A DNA stretch of 62,307 nt, counting the filler. It is 3 parts of 3 records of this genome, joined end to end, with 100 filler letters (N's around TTAATTAATTAA, not from the genome) between each part and the next. Parts side by side here need not be neighbours in the genome. Positions count along the whole stretch, not along the records: positions 1 to 22,777 come from SRR20825019_980; 2 more parts are not named here. The stretch is one strand, 5' to 3'. The number at the start of each line of letters is the position of its first letter. Positions within the stretch are counted from its first letter, which is position 1. A program made the position numbers and the translations under genes. Shown here one piece after another: positions 10,547 to 21,342 of this stretch. A model generated the notes under the pieces. It was not told where the DNA came from. It was given only the letters and a program-made list of their open reading frames with translations, and did no database searches.

Positions 10547-10975
10547 ATGAAAACAGTTAATAATAATAGCATTTGGCTTCCTAGTCTTTTAGATAACTTA
10601 TTCACTGAGAATAGACTAGACGCTCTTAAGAATTATGAAACATTTAGCATTCCAGCGATAAATATTCATGAAAATTTACCGAATTTTGTAATCGAATTGG
10701 CTGCGCCAGGTTTGAAGAAGGAAAATATCACAATTGAAGCTGAGGAAAATATCCTAAAAATAGCCTCTAAGAGCGTAGAAGACAATGTAGATAACGATAA
10801 AACTCGTTATACACGAAGAGAATTTAACTATAAGAACTTTGAACGTTCTTTTAAGTTACCTGAAAATATAAAAATTGAAGATATTAATGCTAGTTACGAA
10901 AGTGGAATTCTTAGAATCACACTTCCTAAAATAGAAGAAAAGAAGACATTGAAGAAAATGGTTGAGATTTCATAA
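10547..10975 (+). CDS. Small heat-shock protein Hsp20/alpha-crystallin
   Basis: PAINIHE, IELAAPGLKKE, RREFNYKNFERSFKLP, ASYESGILRITLPK. Confidence 0.93.
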   Translation: MKTVNNNSIWLPSLLDNLFTENRLDALKNYETFSIPAINIHENLPNFVIELAAPGLKKENITIEAEENILKIASKSVEDNVDNDKTRYTRREFNYKNFERSFKLPENIKIEDINASYESGILRITLPKIEEKKTLKKMVEIS

Positions 10976-11008
10976 TTGAAATTTAATTTGGTTAGTTAGT
11001 TGAAAATG

Positions 11009-11042
11009 ACCGCGTGCTACTCAATCGGTACGCGGTTTTTTC
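11009..11042. terminator. Intrinsic terminator between hsp20 and rluF
   Basis: ACCGCGTGC...GTACGCGGTTTTTTT hairpin. Confidence 0.7.
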
Positions 11043-11052
11043 ATGAAAACAA

Positions 11053-11886
11053 CTAACCCCGCCTTCTTTTTCCGCCCGTGCTTTTTGGATCCCTACTTAT
11101 GTTTCTTGGTGCTCTTTTTGTTTTCTCAGAAGAAATACTCCGTTCTTCTCTCTGATATGCTTTTGGCTGCCCATCACTATCTTTAACAGAATCTTTCAAG
11201 GTTTTCAACTCATCAGCGGTTAGATCTCTCCACTCTCCTACAGGAAGGTCACCAAGCTCTAAATTCATAATACGGATTCGCTGCAACGCCATAACCTCAT
11301 AGCCCAAATATTCACACATTCTTCTAATTTGTCGGTTTAAACCTTGAACCAAAATTATTCGAAACTCAAACCTACTAATTCGTTCTACTTTACAACGTTT
11401 TGTTACCGTATCCAAAATTGGAATACCTGAACCCATTCGCTTTATAAATTCATCAGTAACATGACGATCTACTTTTACAATATATTCCTTTTCATGTTTG
11501 TTACCAGCACGCAGTATTTTGTTTACTATATCACCTTCATTAGTTAGCAATAACAAACCTTCACTTGGTTTATCAAGTCTTCCAACAGGAAAAATACGCT
11601 CTGGATGCTTTACAAAATCAACAACATTATCGTCAAAACGAGTATCTGTTGTACACGTAATCCCAACTGGTTTATTCAGCATAATATAAACATCATTAGC
11701 ATTTTCAGCAATCAATTTGCCATCTACACGCACTTCATCACCTGGCATTACACGATCACCAAGACCACTCTTTTCACCATTTACAGATACCCGACCTTTT
11801 TCAATTAAAATATCTGCCTCGCGGCGTGAGCAATAACCGCTGTCGCTAATTGCTTTATTTAAACGTACTGAATCTGGATGATGCAT
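11053..11886 (-). CDS. rluF: 23S rRNA pseudouridine synthase RluF (RsuA family)
   Basis: S4 domain [28 protein letters not shown] catalytic Asp; [16 protein letters not shown]. Confidence 0.88.
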   Translation of the reverse strand: MHHPDSVRLNKAISDSGYCSRREADILIEKGRVSVNGEKSGLGDRVMPGDEVRVDGKLIAENANDVYIMLNKPVGITCTTDTRFDDNVVDFVKHPERIFPVGRLDKPSEGLLLLTNEGDIVNKILRAGNKHEKEYIVKVDRHVTDEFIKRMGSGIPILDTVTKRCKVERISRFEFRIILVQGLNRQIRRMCEYLGYEVMALQRIRIMNLELGDLPVGEWRDLTADELKTLKDSVKDSDGQPKAYQREERSISSEKTKRAPRNISRDPKSTGGKRRRG

Positions 11887-12002
11887 TCTTTTTTTCGCAA
11901 AGATACCATTTCCGCAGCTGAAAAGAAAAAGGTTAAAATTGATTTAAACATTCTTACAGTCCTAGTCAAAATTTGTAGTTTAATCAAAAAAATAAATAGA
12001 AA

Positions 12003-13529
12003 ATGGCCATACTTGGTACAATTATAAAGACAGCTATAGACCTTCGTGGTGCGATAATTTCAGAAAAATCTTCTATTGAATCACAACGAGATGTATTAAA
12101 AAGCTTACTAGAAAAAGCAAAAGACACTGCTTTTGGTAAATATTACGGATTTTCAAAAATCTTAGAAGCCGATAACATTTCGAAAGCATTTTCTGAAAAA
12201 GTACCTTATTTTGATTATCATCAAATGGAGGCACAATGGTGGAATAAAACCCAAGAAGGCCTAGAAGATATTAGCTGGCCTGGAAGCCCCAGTTATTTCG
12301 CTAGAAGCAGTGGAACTACAGGAAAAACTTCAAAAAAAATTCCCGTCACAGATGATATGGTTGAAGCAATCCGAACTACCGGCATAAAGCAAGTAGGCGC
12401 ATTAACTAATTTTGACATTCCTTCAGATTTTTTTGAAAAGGAAATTATGATGCTTGGAAGCAGCACAAATCTTGAAAACCAAAATCAATTTTTAGAAGGA
12501 GAAATTAGTGGCATAAGCGCTAGTAACATCCCTTTTTGGTTTCGTGGATTTTATAAACCAGGAGAAGAAATAGCCCTGATGGAAGATTGGGATGAGAAAG
12601 TAGAAACAATTGCAAAACGCGCACGAGAGTGGGATATTGGCGCACTAAGCGGTATTCCGTCGTGGATAGAATTAATGCTTAAAAAAGTTATTGAATACCA
12701 TGACGCAAACAACATCCATGATATTTGGCCAAGCCTACAAGTATACACTTCCGGTGGTGTAGCATTTCAGCCCTATGAAAAAAGTTTTAACCAATTACTC
12801 GCTCGCCCAATTACAGTTATCGATACGTATTTAGCAAGCGAAGGATTTTTGGCTTTCCAAAACCGCCCAGAAACTACTTCAATGAAACTTGTTACAGATA
12901 ACGGAATTTATTTTGAATTTGTGCCTTTTAAACCTGAATATATAAATGAAGATGGATCACTTTCTAAAGAAGCTCCTGCACTTTCACTTGCTGAAGTTAA
13001 GCCAGATACAGATTATGTATTATTGATTAGCACCGTCTCCGGCGCCTGGAGGTATTTAATTGGCGATACTATTGCTTTTACAGATGTGGAAAAAGCAGAA
13101 ATAAAAATCACAGGACGCACAAAATTTTTTTTAAATGTGGTTGGCTCTCAACTTTCAGTGAATAAAATGGAAATAGCTTTACGTGAACTTGAAGAAACAT
13201 TTGATATAAAAATCCCTGAATTTACATTAGCAGCAGTTAAAATTAATGATGAATTTCATCATCATTGGTATTTGGGGACAGAAACTAAAATAGACCCTGA
13301 AAAAATAGCAAATGCTTTAGATGAATCATTAAAAGAAGCTAATAACAATTATTCTGTAGCACGGTCAAAAGCTTTAAAAGGAATTAAAGTAACAACCGTT
13401 AGTCCAAAAGTTTTTTATGAATGGAGTGGAAAAAACAAGAAGAAAGGCGGACAAGTTAAAATGGAGAAAGTTATGGATGAAGAAAAATTTGAAGCTTGGG
13501 AAGCCTTTGTAAAAACTCAAAAAGCTTAA
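12003..13529 (+). CDS. GH3 auxin-responsive-promoter family protein (adenylate-forming amido synthetase-like)
   Basis: SSGTTGKTSK P-loop-like motif, YLASEG, WRYLIGD, GRTK motifs of bacterial GH3 proteins. Confidence 0.85.
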   Translation: MAILGTIIKTAIDLRGAIISEKSSIESQRDVLKSLLEKAKDTAFGKYYGFSKILEADNISKAFSEKVPYFDYHQMEAQWWNKTQEGLEDISWPGSPSYFARSSGTTGKTSKKIPVTDDMVEAIRTTGIKQVGALTNFDIPSDFFEKEIMMLGSSTNLENQNQFLEGEISGISASNIPFWFRGFYKPGEEIALMEDWDEKVETIAKRAREWDIGALSGIPSWIELMLKKVIEYHDANNIHDIWPSLQVYTSGGVAFQPYEKSFNQLLARPITVIDTYLASEGFLAFQNRPETTSMKLVTDNGIYFEFVPFKPEYINEDGSLSKEAPALSLAEVKPDTDYVLLISTVSGAWRYLIGDTIAFTDVEKAEIKITGRTKFFLNVVGSQLSVNKMEIALRELEETFDIKIPEFTLAAVKINDEFHHHWYLGTETKIDPEKIANALDESLKEANNNYSVARSKALKGIKVTTVSPKVFYEWSGKNKKKGGQVKMEKVMDEEKFEAWEAFVKTQKA

Positions 13530-14180
13530 TTATTCATTAGCATCTATTATATCTGACTCATCCTTTAATTTATTTTTATTAATAAGCTCCATTACCTCTT
13601 CCGGGGAAATATAAAGTTGCCGTATTCTCTCTTTATATTTTTCAGAAATGTGAGCGTTTTCTAAAATAAAATTTTTCGTTTTTAATATATAATCTCCCAT
13701 TCCATGAGCAATTGCATAAGTATCTGCCGCACGTTCTACCTCTTTAATATGTGCTGAAGAAAAAAGATATTTTATTCCAAAAAGCAACATACCAAGGTTT
13801 GAACGGTGGCTGTAATCCATAACATGGCCTAATTCATGACCAAGCCACCCCACTTTTACGTCTGAAGGAATATCATCCATCGTAAACTTATCGTCTTCAA
13901 TTTGAATTTTTCTACTTATTAATATAATGTATTCTCGGTTTTCTTTAGATTTAAAAAAACTTGTGAAGCGTGGTTGCGCCTGCATGGTAGATTTTTGAAT
14001 ATTATCCTTGAATTTAAATTCAATAGCTGTGTTTTTAAGCTCTGGATAAAAAGAAAGAGCTTCCACAACCTCTTTTTTAATACTCTCAGGTATAATTTTG
14101 GATTCTAAATTTATATTCTGCGTTGGAACCATAGTCAGCACAAAATACAAAAGAGGGGTTATGAAAGTCGTTAAAAACAT
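13530..14180 (-). CDS. Hypothetical protein with HExxH zinc-metallopeptidase-like motif
   Basis: GWLGHELGHVMDY followed by EVERAAD (possible third ligand); hydrophobic N-terminus. Confidence 0.6.
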   Translation of the reverse strand: MFLTTFITPLLYFVLTMVPTQNINLESKIIPESIKKEVVEALSFYPELKNTAIEFKFKDNIQKSTMQAQPRFTSFFKSKENREYIILISRKIQIEDDKFTMDDIPSDVKVGWLGHELGHVMDYSHRSNLGMLLFGIKYLFSSAHIKEVERAADTYAIAHGMGDYILKTKNFILENAHISEKYKERIRQLYISPEEVMELINKNKLKDESDIIDANE

Positions 14181-14229
14181 TGTAAAGTTTTATTCAAATT
14201 TTTCTGGCTCTAAATTTCTTACAAACATT

Positions 14230-16227
14230 TTATAATTTTTCAAGTTGCTTCTGAAACATTTTTATCTTGTCGCGAAGCTTGGCAGCCATCATAAAATCTA
14301 AGTCTTTAGCAGCTTTCTCCATTGCTTTTCGTGTGTCGCGAACTTTCTTTTCTATTTGTGCTTTGGTTAAATATTCCGCTTCGGCTTCTGCAGCAAGTGA
14401 TTCGGCATTCTCAAAAGTATATGCTTGTTGTTTCGATTTTGTCAATGAATTCTCAAAAGATTTTTTAATCGCTGTCGGCGTAATTCCATGTTTTTCATTG
14501 TATGCAATCTGTTTTTCCCGCTTATAGTTTGTGCTATCTATCGTTTTCTGCATGCTATTGGTAATTTTATCTGCATACATAATTGCTCTTCCGTTTAGGT
14601 TTCGTGCTGCACGCCCCACTGTTTGAGTTAGCGAACGCTCACTTCTTAAAAAACCCTCTTTATCTGCATCTAAAATTGCAACTAAAGAAACTTCAGGTAA
14701 ATCAAGACCTTCACGCAATAAATTTACCCCAACCAACACATCAAAAAGACCAAGACGAAGGTCTTGCATAATTTCTACTCGCTCTAGGGTATCCACATCA
14801 CTGTGAATGTATCGGGTTCTAATTTGTACACGAATTAAATATTTAGTCAGCTCTTCCGCCATTCTTTTAGTTAAAGTTGTAACCAAAATACGTTCGTCTT
14901 TTTCAATACGTAATTGAATTTCTTCAAGCAAATCATCAATCTGATTTAAACTCGGACGCACTTCAATAGGAGGGTCGAGCAATCCTGTGGGGCGAATAAT
15001 TTGCTCCACATACACACCACCACTTTTTTCAAGTTCATAATCTGCAGGAGTTGCACTAACGTATATCACTTGATTTTGAAGCGATTCAAATTCATCAAAC
15101 TTCAAAGGGCGATTATCCATTGCGGCAGGCAATCGAAAACCGTATTCAACCAAGTTCTCTTTTCGAGAGCGGTCACCACCATACATTGCGCCAACTTGCG
15201 GAATGGAAACGTGGCTCTCGTCTACAACCATTAAATAATCATCAGGAAAATAATCTAAAAGACAGAACGGACGTGTTCCCGGAAGACGCTGATCTAAATA
15301 ACGCGAATAGTTTTCAATCCCACTACAATAGCCGAGTTCACGTATCATTTCTAAGTCAAAATTGGTGCGTTCTTCTAAACGTTTTGCCTCTAAATGCTTT
15401 CCTATTTCCTTAAAATATTCAATCTGTAAAACCAAATCGTCTTGGATGGAGCGAATGGCACCTTGCAAAACATCTGGCGAGGTTACAAACATATTTGCAG
15501 GGTAAATATTCAACCTATCATACTTAGCTTTTATATCATTATTCAGTGGGTCAAAGACTTCAATTTCTTCAATTTCGTCACCAAAAAAATGGATTCGATA
15601 CGCATCATCTGCATATCCAGGAAAAACATCAACCGTATCTCCTTTTATTCTAAAACGACCGTGATTAAATTCTGCTTCAGTCCTAGAATAAAGACTTTGA
15701 ACCAAACGGTGTAATAATTTTGTACGCGAAATAATCTGCCCTTTCTCTAAACTAATTACGTTTTTCTGAAATTCAACAGGATTCCCGATACCGTATAGAC
15801 ATGAAACTGATGAAACAACCAATACATCCCTCCTGCCCGATAGCAATGACGAAGTGGTGCTAAGTCGCATCTTTTCAATTTCTTCATTTATGGAAAGGTC
15901 TTTTTCTATATACGTACCGCTACTCGGAATAAATGCTTCTGGCTGATAATAATCGTAATAAGATACGAAATACTCTACCGCATTTTCCGGGAAAAGATTT
16001 TTAAACTCTGTGTATAGCTGCGCCGCAAGGGTTTTATTGTGCGCTAATACAAGTGTCGGTTTTTGCACCTCTTGGATAACATTAGCCACGGTAAAGGTTT
16101 TTCCGGAGCCAGTTACACCTAAAAGAGTTTGGTATTTTTCATCAGAATTAAGACCAGAAACCAAGGATTTTATAGCTCTTGGCTGATCTCCTGTAGGTTG
16201 AAACTCTGAAACAAGGTTGAAATTCAT
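14230..16227 (-). CDS. uvrB: Excinuclease ABC subunit B
   Basis: GDQPRAI, GVTGSGKT, YYDYYQPEA, DESH, REGLDLPEV, C-terminal UVR coiled coil; likely ATG at 16227. Confidence 0.97.
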   Translation of the reverse strand: MNFNLVSEFQPTGDQPRAIKSLVSGLNSDEKYQTLLGVTGSGKTFTVANVIQEVQKPTLVLAHNKTLAAQLYTEFKNLFPENAVEYFVSYYDYYQPEAFIPSSGTYIEKDLSINEEIEKMRLSTTSSLLSGRRDVLVVSSVSCLYGIGNPVEFQKNVISLEKGQIISRTKLLHRLVQSLYSRTEAEFNHGRFRIKGDTVDVFPGYADDAYRIHFFGDEIEEIEVFDPLNNDIKAKYDRLNIYPANMFVTSPDVLQGAIRSIQDDLVLQIEYFKEIGKHLEAKRLEERTNFDLEMIRELGYCSGIENYSRYLDQRLPGTRPFCLLDYFPDDYLMVVDESHVSIPQVGAMYGGDRSRKENLVEYGFRLPAAMDNRPLKFDEFESLQNQVIYVSATPADYELEKSGGVYVEQIIRPTGLLDPPIEVRPSLNQIDDLLEEIQLRIEKDERILVTTLTKRMAEELTKYLIRVQIRTRYIHSDVDTLERVEIMQDLRLGLFDVLVGVNLLREGLDLPEVSLVAILDADKEGFLRSERSLTQTVGRAARNLNGRAIMYADKITNSMQKTIDSTNYKREKQIAYNEKHGITPTAIKKSFENSLTKSKQQAYTFENAESLAAEAEAEYLTKAQIEKKVRDTRKAMEKAAKDLDFMMAAKLRDKIKMFQKQLEKL

Positions 16228-16311
16228 AGGTTCTTTTTCATTGCATAACAAAAGTACTGAAAATATGAACTTTCAGTAGGCAAATTAGAACCCATTTAAC
16301 GTAGATGTTTT

Positions 16312-17499
16312 TTAAAAAATAGTATACCCAAATATTATAGCGAGTGCATTATAGTCTGATTTATAATAATCAAAATAAGTAAACAATTCTCTGCTGGTAT
16401 TATACCTAAATTCTACACTAAACTTATTGTCAAAATTATAACCCGCACCCAAGCCAATATTGCTTTTTGGTTTTAGTGCCAATTCACCACTATTTTCATA
16501 ATTTATAGTTGAACTTAAATTAAGATCAACTATAAATGCGGCATTAAGGAATATTTTTGATTCATCGTTTAAGAAAAGATAATGACGAAGTCCAACTGGA
16601 ATTTCTATTGAAGAATAATCAACTTCAACTTTTTGAACAAGATTTTCTTTTTCAGATTTATAATACTGATAAGTAGGCTCTAATATCACCGCCCATTTAT
16701 TTTTATTAAAAGGCAAAATCATTTCTGCTTCCAAACCTATTCTAAACCCAATCTCATTATCAAACTCAACGTTTCTATCATCACTTATAATATTGATGAC
16801 AGAAAGAGATGCACTTTGCACACCTGGACGAATATTCAAATGAAAAAAGTTTTTACCTTTATTTTCTTCAAATCTTACTATATCTGAATTCTCACAGTTA
16901 TTATACTGAGTGAAAAATTTTAACAATCTTGATTTTTGGTATTCTAATTTCTCTATTTCTTCGAGAGTTATAGACTCACACTTTAAATTGTTATACAATT
17001 CTTGTTTATATTGTTCATTTTTGCCCATTTTAAAATTAGTGACCTTATAGTTTTTAAAAACTAATTGCTCGATTGGATTGTCATCAACTTTATAAAAAAA
17101 CCTCGTAAAATTAGCACCCTCATAGCTATACAAACTTGCTTTAGCGTCTAATAATACTTTTAGGAAAATCGTTTCTTCTTTAAAATTAGGATTCTTAGAA
17201 TAGCTTAATTGGCTAGTATTATCACTAGATCTATCAATGTTTACAGTCACTCTGACATACTGAGCTTGATTAGTGATACCAAAGCTTTTAATATTTTTCA
17301 GGGTACCTATTTTTACTTCAGAATTTTGATTGGTTTTATACTCAAAACTATCTGGAGTATCTTTCCAATCCATATTTTTTATAAAAACTGATTGCTTTTC
17401 CCCAGATTCATCAATTAAATAACCTTCTTCAAAATTTATTTGAGAAAATCCAGTTACGCTAATTAGGAAGGCAAAAAGAAATACAAGTTTATTTTTCAT
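16312..17499 (-). CDS. Outer-membrane beta-barrel (porin-like) protein with N-terminal soluble domain
   Basis: Signal peptide; alternating beta-strands in C-terminal half; ends IIFGYTIF (aromatic terminal residue). Confidence 0.7.
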   Translation of the reverse strand: MKNKLVFLFAFLISVTGFSQINFEEGYLIDESGEKQSVFIKNMDWKDTPDSFEYKTNQNSEVKIGTLKNIKSFGITNQAQYVRVTVNIDRSSDNTSQLSYSKNPNFKEETIFLKVLLDAKASLYSYEGANFTRFFYKVDDNPIEQLVFKNYKVTNFKMGKNEQYKQELYNNLKCESITLEEIEKLEYQKSRLLKFFTQYNNCENSDIVRFEENKGKNFFHLNIRPGVQSASLSVINIISDDRNVEFDNEIGFRIGLEAEMILPFNKNKWAVILEPTYQYYKSEKENLVQKVEVDYSSIEIPVGLRHYLFLNDESKIFLNAAFIVDLNLSSTINYENSGELALKPKSNIGLGAGYNFDNKFSVEFRYNTSRELFTYFDYYKSDYNALAIIFGYTIF

Positions 17500-17591
17500 A
17501 ATGTAGTTTTAGTTAGGGTTTAAATATACTTAATTAAACCAAAATAGTTAATCAACTAACTAAAAGTAATTATAATAAACCTAACCTAATT

Positions 17592-18320
17592 TTAAACCTT
17601 TGGATCGTTTCTAAAAACTTCAACCAAATTGAATATAAGAATGCAAAAAAACACCCAAGTTAAGCCAGCAATATACCCCCCAGCAATATCTGAAGGGAAA
17701 TGAACTCCTAAATAAATACGGCTTATACCAATGCTTAAAATAATAAAGACTAACAGCAGCATGATACTGTATTTAAGAATTCGGTTAATTTTAAACCTAT
17801 GAAAAAGATAAATTAAAAACCCATAAAAGGCCATTGCTGCCATAGCATGACCACTAGGGTAACTTAAGGTTTCCACCTCCACCAAATGCTCTATTCCTGG
17901 GCGAGCACGGTCAATAAAACGCTTTAAAATAGTGTTTGAAATTGATGCTAACATCAAGACTAAAGTTATTTGAAGTATGTATTTCCAGCTCTTATAAAGT
18001 AGTACAGATATTAAAACCACAACACTAAATACAACCAAATAACCATAAACATCACCAACATTGGTCATAAAAATAAAGTACTCGGTGAGCATTGGGTTTC
18101 GGTAGGAAATAATAAATTCAGAAACTTGTTGGTCATAATTAACTAGTATTTCTTCTTTTATAGTTTCGGTGAGTTCAACAAAAAGATTTAAACCACCAAC
18201 TACAATAATAAAAGCTACTATAGCAGTAATAATATAGGGTAGTTTAGGGTTTTCTCTCCTAAAATTATGCTTTAGAAATTCCCTAAATTTCTTTATAAAT
18301 GGTAATAGATATTGCTTCAT
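17592..18320 (-). CDS. PAP2-family membrane phosphatase
   Basis: KRFIDRARP, SYPSGH, SRIYLGVHFPSD motifs. Confidence 0.92.
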   Translation of the reverse strand: MKQYLLPFIKKFREFLKHNFRRENPKLPYIITAIVAFIIVVGGLNLFVELTETIKEEILVNYDQQVSEFIISYRNPMLTEYFIFMTNVGDVYGYLVVFSVVVLISVLLYKSWKYILQITLVLMLASISNTILKRFIDRARPGIEHLVEVETLSYPSGHAMAAMAFYGFLIYLFHRFKINRILKYSIMLLLVFIILSIGISRIYLGVHFPSDIAGGYIAGLTWVFFCILIFNLVEVFRNDPKV

Positions 18321-18432
18321 AAAATTCCTAAAAGCATAAAGATAAAAGCATTTTTTTAAATAGATATCTTTAGCGCACTATTCACTAAAAAACTATTAAA
18401 GTTTTAGTATATTTCCACTTAAAACATACACT

Positions 18433-19830
18433 ATGAAACCTCTCTTATACATACTATTTTTCCTGACTGTATCATTTTCGTACGCTACTGAAATATTTAC
18501 TTATAAATTAAAAGACAATGAAAAGTTTATTAGCGCTCAAGCTGTTAATTTTTCTTCAGAAGCTGTTTTACATGCTGTAGTGGTTAGAAACAGAGACACC
18601 AAAACTTTTGACTTAGTATCATTTTATAAAGAAACTGATGGGCAAACAAAGCAGCTAGCTACCGCTACTTTTGATGATAAGCCTGAAATGGTTTCCTTTC
18701 ATAAAGTGAATAATACAATTACCTTGCTTTTTTACCACAGCAATGTTTTAAGCATTACTGATATCGATTTGACCAGCAATACGGTTACAAAAAAAGATAT
18801 TCCTTTTCGTGAGAAACCTTTAAACATTGTTACCCTTCCCAATAAATCGATTGTAATTAATTCAGATTTAAATGGCAAGGACCTCAGTTTTCTTACAATT
18901 GAAAACTCTCAAAGTTTTAATACCAAAACTGCAAACGTACCTGAAGCCCTTCAAAAAGAAATAAAAAATAATTTTTTAGGCAAGCTAGAGATTGTAAACA
19001 CCAATGAGTATGTTGAAAATGGTGCTATCAATAAAACACAAGCTTACTATGAAAATGGTACGTTTATGTTAATAAAAGACACTAAATCTGATGAAAAAAT
19101 GGAGGCTATACTTATTAATCCAGAAAGTTCTGAGCCTGTAATTCAGCGAGATTTTACTTCAACAATCATGCTAGATAAAATTAAGGACAGTAACAATCAA
19201 GTGCTAGATCAAAAGCTGTATGGAATGTATTTAGGGAAAGAGGATTTTGGCGTTAGTGTTTTCGATATCAATACTGGACGTGAAGAAAAGAAACTACTTT
19301 TAAGTGAAGACATTGCGCGTGTTGAAAATGCTGTCAAGATAAAAACATATATGAAAACAGCTACAAAGTCGAAAATGAAAACCACTATTTCAGTAAATAA
19401 AACTAAAAACAATAATTATGCAATAACAGTATCTTATGTAGAAAGAGAAAGATACTATTATTATCAAGATTGGTATTGGATGCACCACCATATGATGCTT
19501 CAGCAACAACAATTGAATATTCCAAGACCTGGACCTGGTGGTTTTGGACCAAATTTACCTATGCATGAAAGTGATGCATTATTTTTTGAAGAAAAAAACC
19601 AGTCCCTTAATTTTATTATAGACAAGGATTTAAACTTACTTACAGATAATACGGAGTCAACAAAATATGAGTTTATTGATAAAGAAAGAATTATAAAGAA
19701 TTTAAATGAAAATAAAGAACTTAAAAATACAACCGTTGGTTTTTTAGAAAACGAATACATCTATTTATACACTGACAAAAAAGAGGAAACACTCTTTATA
19801 CTTACAAAAGAGATAATTAAAAACTATTAA
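18433..19830 (+). CDS. Secreted hypothetical protein
   Basis: 465-aa ORF with signal peptide and a His/Met/Gln-rich insert (WMHHHMMLQQQQ...PGPGGFGP). Confidence 0.7.
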   Translation: MKPLLYILFFLTVSFSYATEIFTYKLKDNEKFISAQAVNFSSEAVLHAVVVRNRDTKTFDLVSFYKETDGQTKQLATATFDDKPEMVSFHKVNNTITLLFYHSNVLSITDIDLTSNTVTKKDIPFREKPLNIVTLPNKSIVINSDLNGKDLSFLTIENSQSFNTKTANVPEALQKEIKNNFLGKLEIVNTNEYVENGAINKTQAYYENGTFMLIKDTKSDEKMEAILINPESSEPVIQRDFTSTIMLDKIKDSNNQVLDQKLYGMYLGKEDFGVSVFDINTGREEKKLLLSEDIARVENAVKIKTYMKTATKSKMKTTISVNKTKNNNYAITVSYVERERYYYYQDWYWMHHHMMLQQQQLNIPRPGPGGFGPNLPMHESDALFFEEKNQSLNFIIDKDLNLLTDNTESTKYEFIDKERIIKNLNENKELKNTTVGFLENEYIYLYTDKKEETLFILTKEIIKNY

Positions 19831-19887
19831 TTAAATGAGCATAGCCTTTTAATAAAATAGAAAGTTGCAAAAGAACTTATTCTGCTG

Positions 19888-20010
19888 TTATTTAATTGAT
19901 AGTCCAAGAGCATTGGCAAGTAAAGCGAAATTTGACAATTGAACATCCTCATCATTTTCAATTCGGGAAATATATAGTCTCTTGGTAGTATTTTAGGCAC
20001 ATTTTGGTAT
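19888..20010 (-). pseudogene. Remnant of an XRE-family helix-turn-helix gene
   Basis: Minus frame reads KCA*NTTKRLYISRIENDEDVQLSNFALLANALGLSIK*, resembling the XRE recognition helix, with an in-frame TAA and no start. Confidence 0.5.
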
Positions 20011-20057
20011 TATACAGCTATTTGTTTTTTTTAAGTTTTCTTGTAGCTATTCAAGAC

Positions 20058-21293
20058 CTAGTGAGAGGTGGTTGCTTTATTTTTAGCCTCAATCCACTTG
20101 CTCATATATTTTGTGCTCTGCATTGTTTGGTGCTGTATAATTTGCCCCATAAAGTTTTGCTGGCGGTGCATTTTAATATTTTCCGCAAGGAAATTACAAT
20201 GTTTTTTAAAAGCTTCGGAAAAAAGGTTTTTTTTAAAACGCTGATCAATTACAATAAACCCATTGTTGCTGGAGATATTCCATAATCCTTCTTCAGAATA
20301 TAGCTGAATCACTTTCTTAATAAAATCTTTGTTCAAAGTGCTAATGCTTCCACCAAAAGGAAACTCACCACACAATCCTTCTGCTCCTATTGCAGTTGTT
20401 ACTGAAGGCAACCCAAAGCGCATCGCATCAAGCAATTTACCTTTTAAACCCGCGCCAAACCTAAGTGGAGCTAATTGTACGCGGTAGTTTTTTAGTACAG
20501 CTTCTAAGTTTTCCGCCCATCCTTTAACAATAAAACCTTCTTTTTTATTATGAAGCTGAAGTATTTGCTGGGGTGCATACGCCCCGTAAATATGTAATTC
20601 TGCATCTGGAAGCTGCTTTTTTATAGCTGGCCACAAATGCTTTAACTGCAAAACAGAATCTATGTTTGGAGCGTGCAATAAATTGCCTATTGTCACAAAA
20701 TTTTTACGATTTTCAAATGAAGGAAGGGTTTTTATTTCTGTAATTTTTTCAACTAAAAAAGGCAAATAATAAAGTATTGTTGAAGGAATTTTAAACGTAT
20801 TTTGAAGCAGTTCCATCTCAAACTCTGAAATGATTAACGAAACGTCGCATCTAAAAATACTCGCCAATTCTCGCTTTGCAGTTTCTGAAAAGAGAAATGC
20901 TTCCGAAATTGGTTTGTTTTTTTTTACTGCTTCTTCACGCGCTTTTCGTAAAAAATGCAAATCTTCTGTATCTAGAATTTTTAAGGCATTTTCACAGTTT
21001 TCAGTCACACGCCAACCAAATTGTTCCTCCGTAATATAACGGTCAAAAAGGACAATTTCAGGGTTTAATTCTTTTATAAATTCATCAAAAGAAGCATCAT
21101 TTAGCAGAATCCGTTTTATGGAAATAGTTTGAGACTCAAGGTCTGTCGTTTTTTCAGAAATAGTGGCGGTACTAGCAAAAGTAATGTGGTAATTTTCTTC
21201 TTGAAACAATTGAAGCAATTGCATCATACGGCTGCCTGCCGCCGTTGTACTGGGCTCAGGAAATGTATAACCAATTACGAGAAGGTTTTTCAA
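20058..21293 (-). CDS. GT4-like (GT-B fold) glycosyltransferase
   Basis: PEPSTTAAGSRMMQL, DTEDLHFLR, LAPLRFGAGLKGK, TTAIGAEG; likely TTG start at 21293. Confidence 0.85.
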   Translation of the reverse strand: MKNLLVIGYTFPEPSTTAAGSRMMQLLQLFQEENYHITFASTATISEKTTDLESQTISIKRILLNDASFDEFIKELNPEIVLFDRYITEEQFGWRVTENCENALKILDTEDLHFLRKAREEAVKKNKPISEAFLFSETAKRELASIFRCDVSLIISEFEMELLQNTFKIPSTILYYLPFLVEKITEIKTLPSFENRKNFVTIGNLLHAPNIDSVLQLKHLWPAIKKQLPDAELHIYGAYAPQQILQLHNKKEGFIVKGWAENLEAVLKNYRVQLAPLRFGAGLKGKLLDAMRFGLPSVTTAIGAEGLCGEFPFGGSISTLNKDFIKKVIQLYSEEGLWNISSNNGFIVIDQRFKKNLFSEAFKKHCNFLAENIKMHRQQNFMGQIIQHQTMQSTKYMSKWIEAKNKATTSH

Positions 21294-21342
21294 TGTGTAG
21301 TTTTTTTCAAAGATAGGAATTTGACTGCTGTGCGCTACCGTT

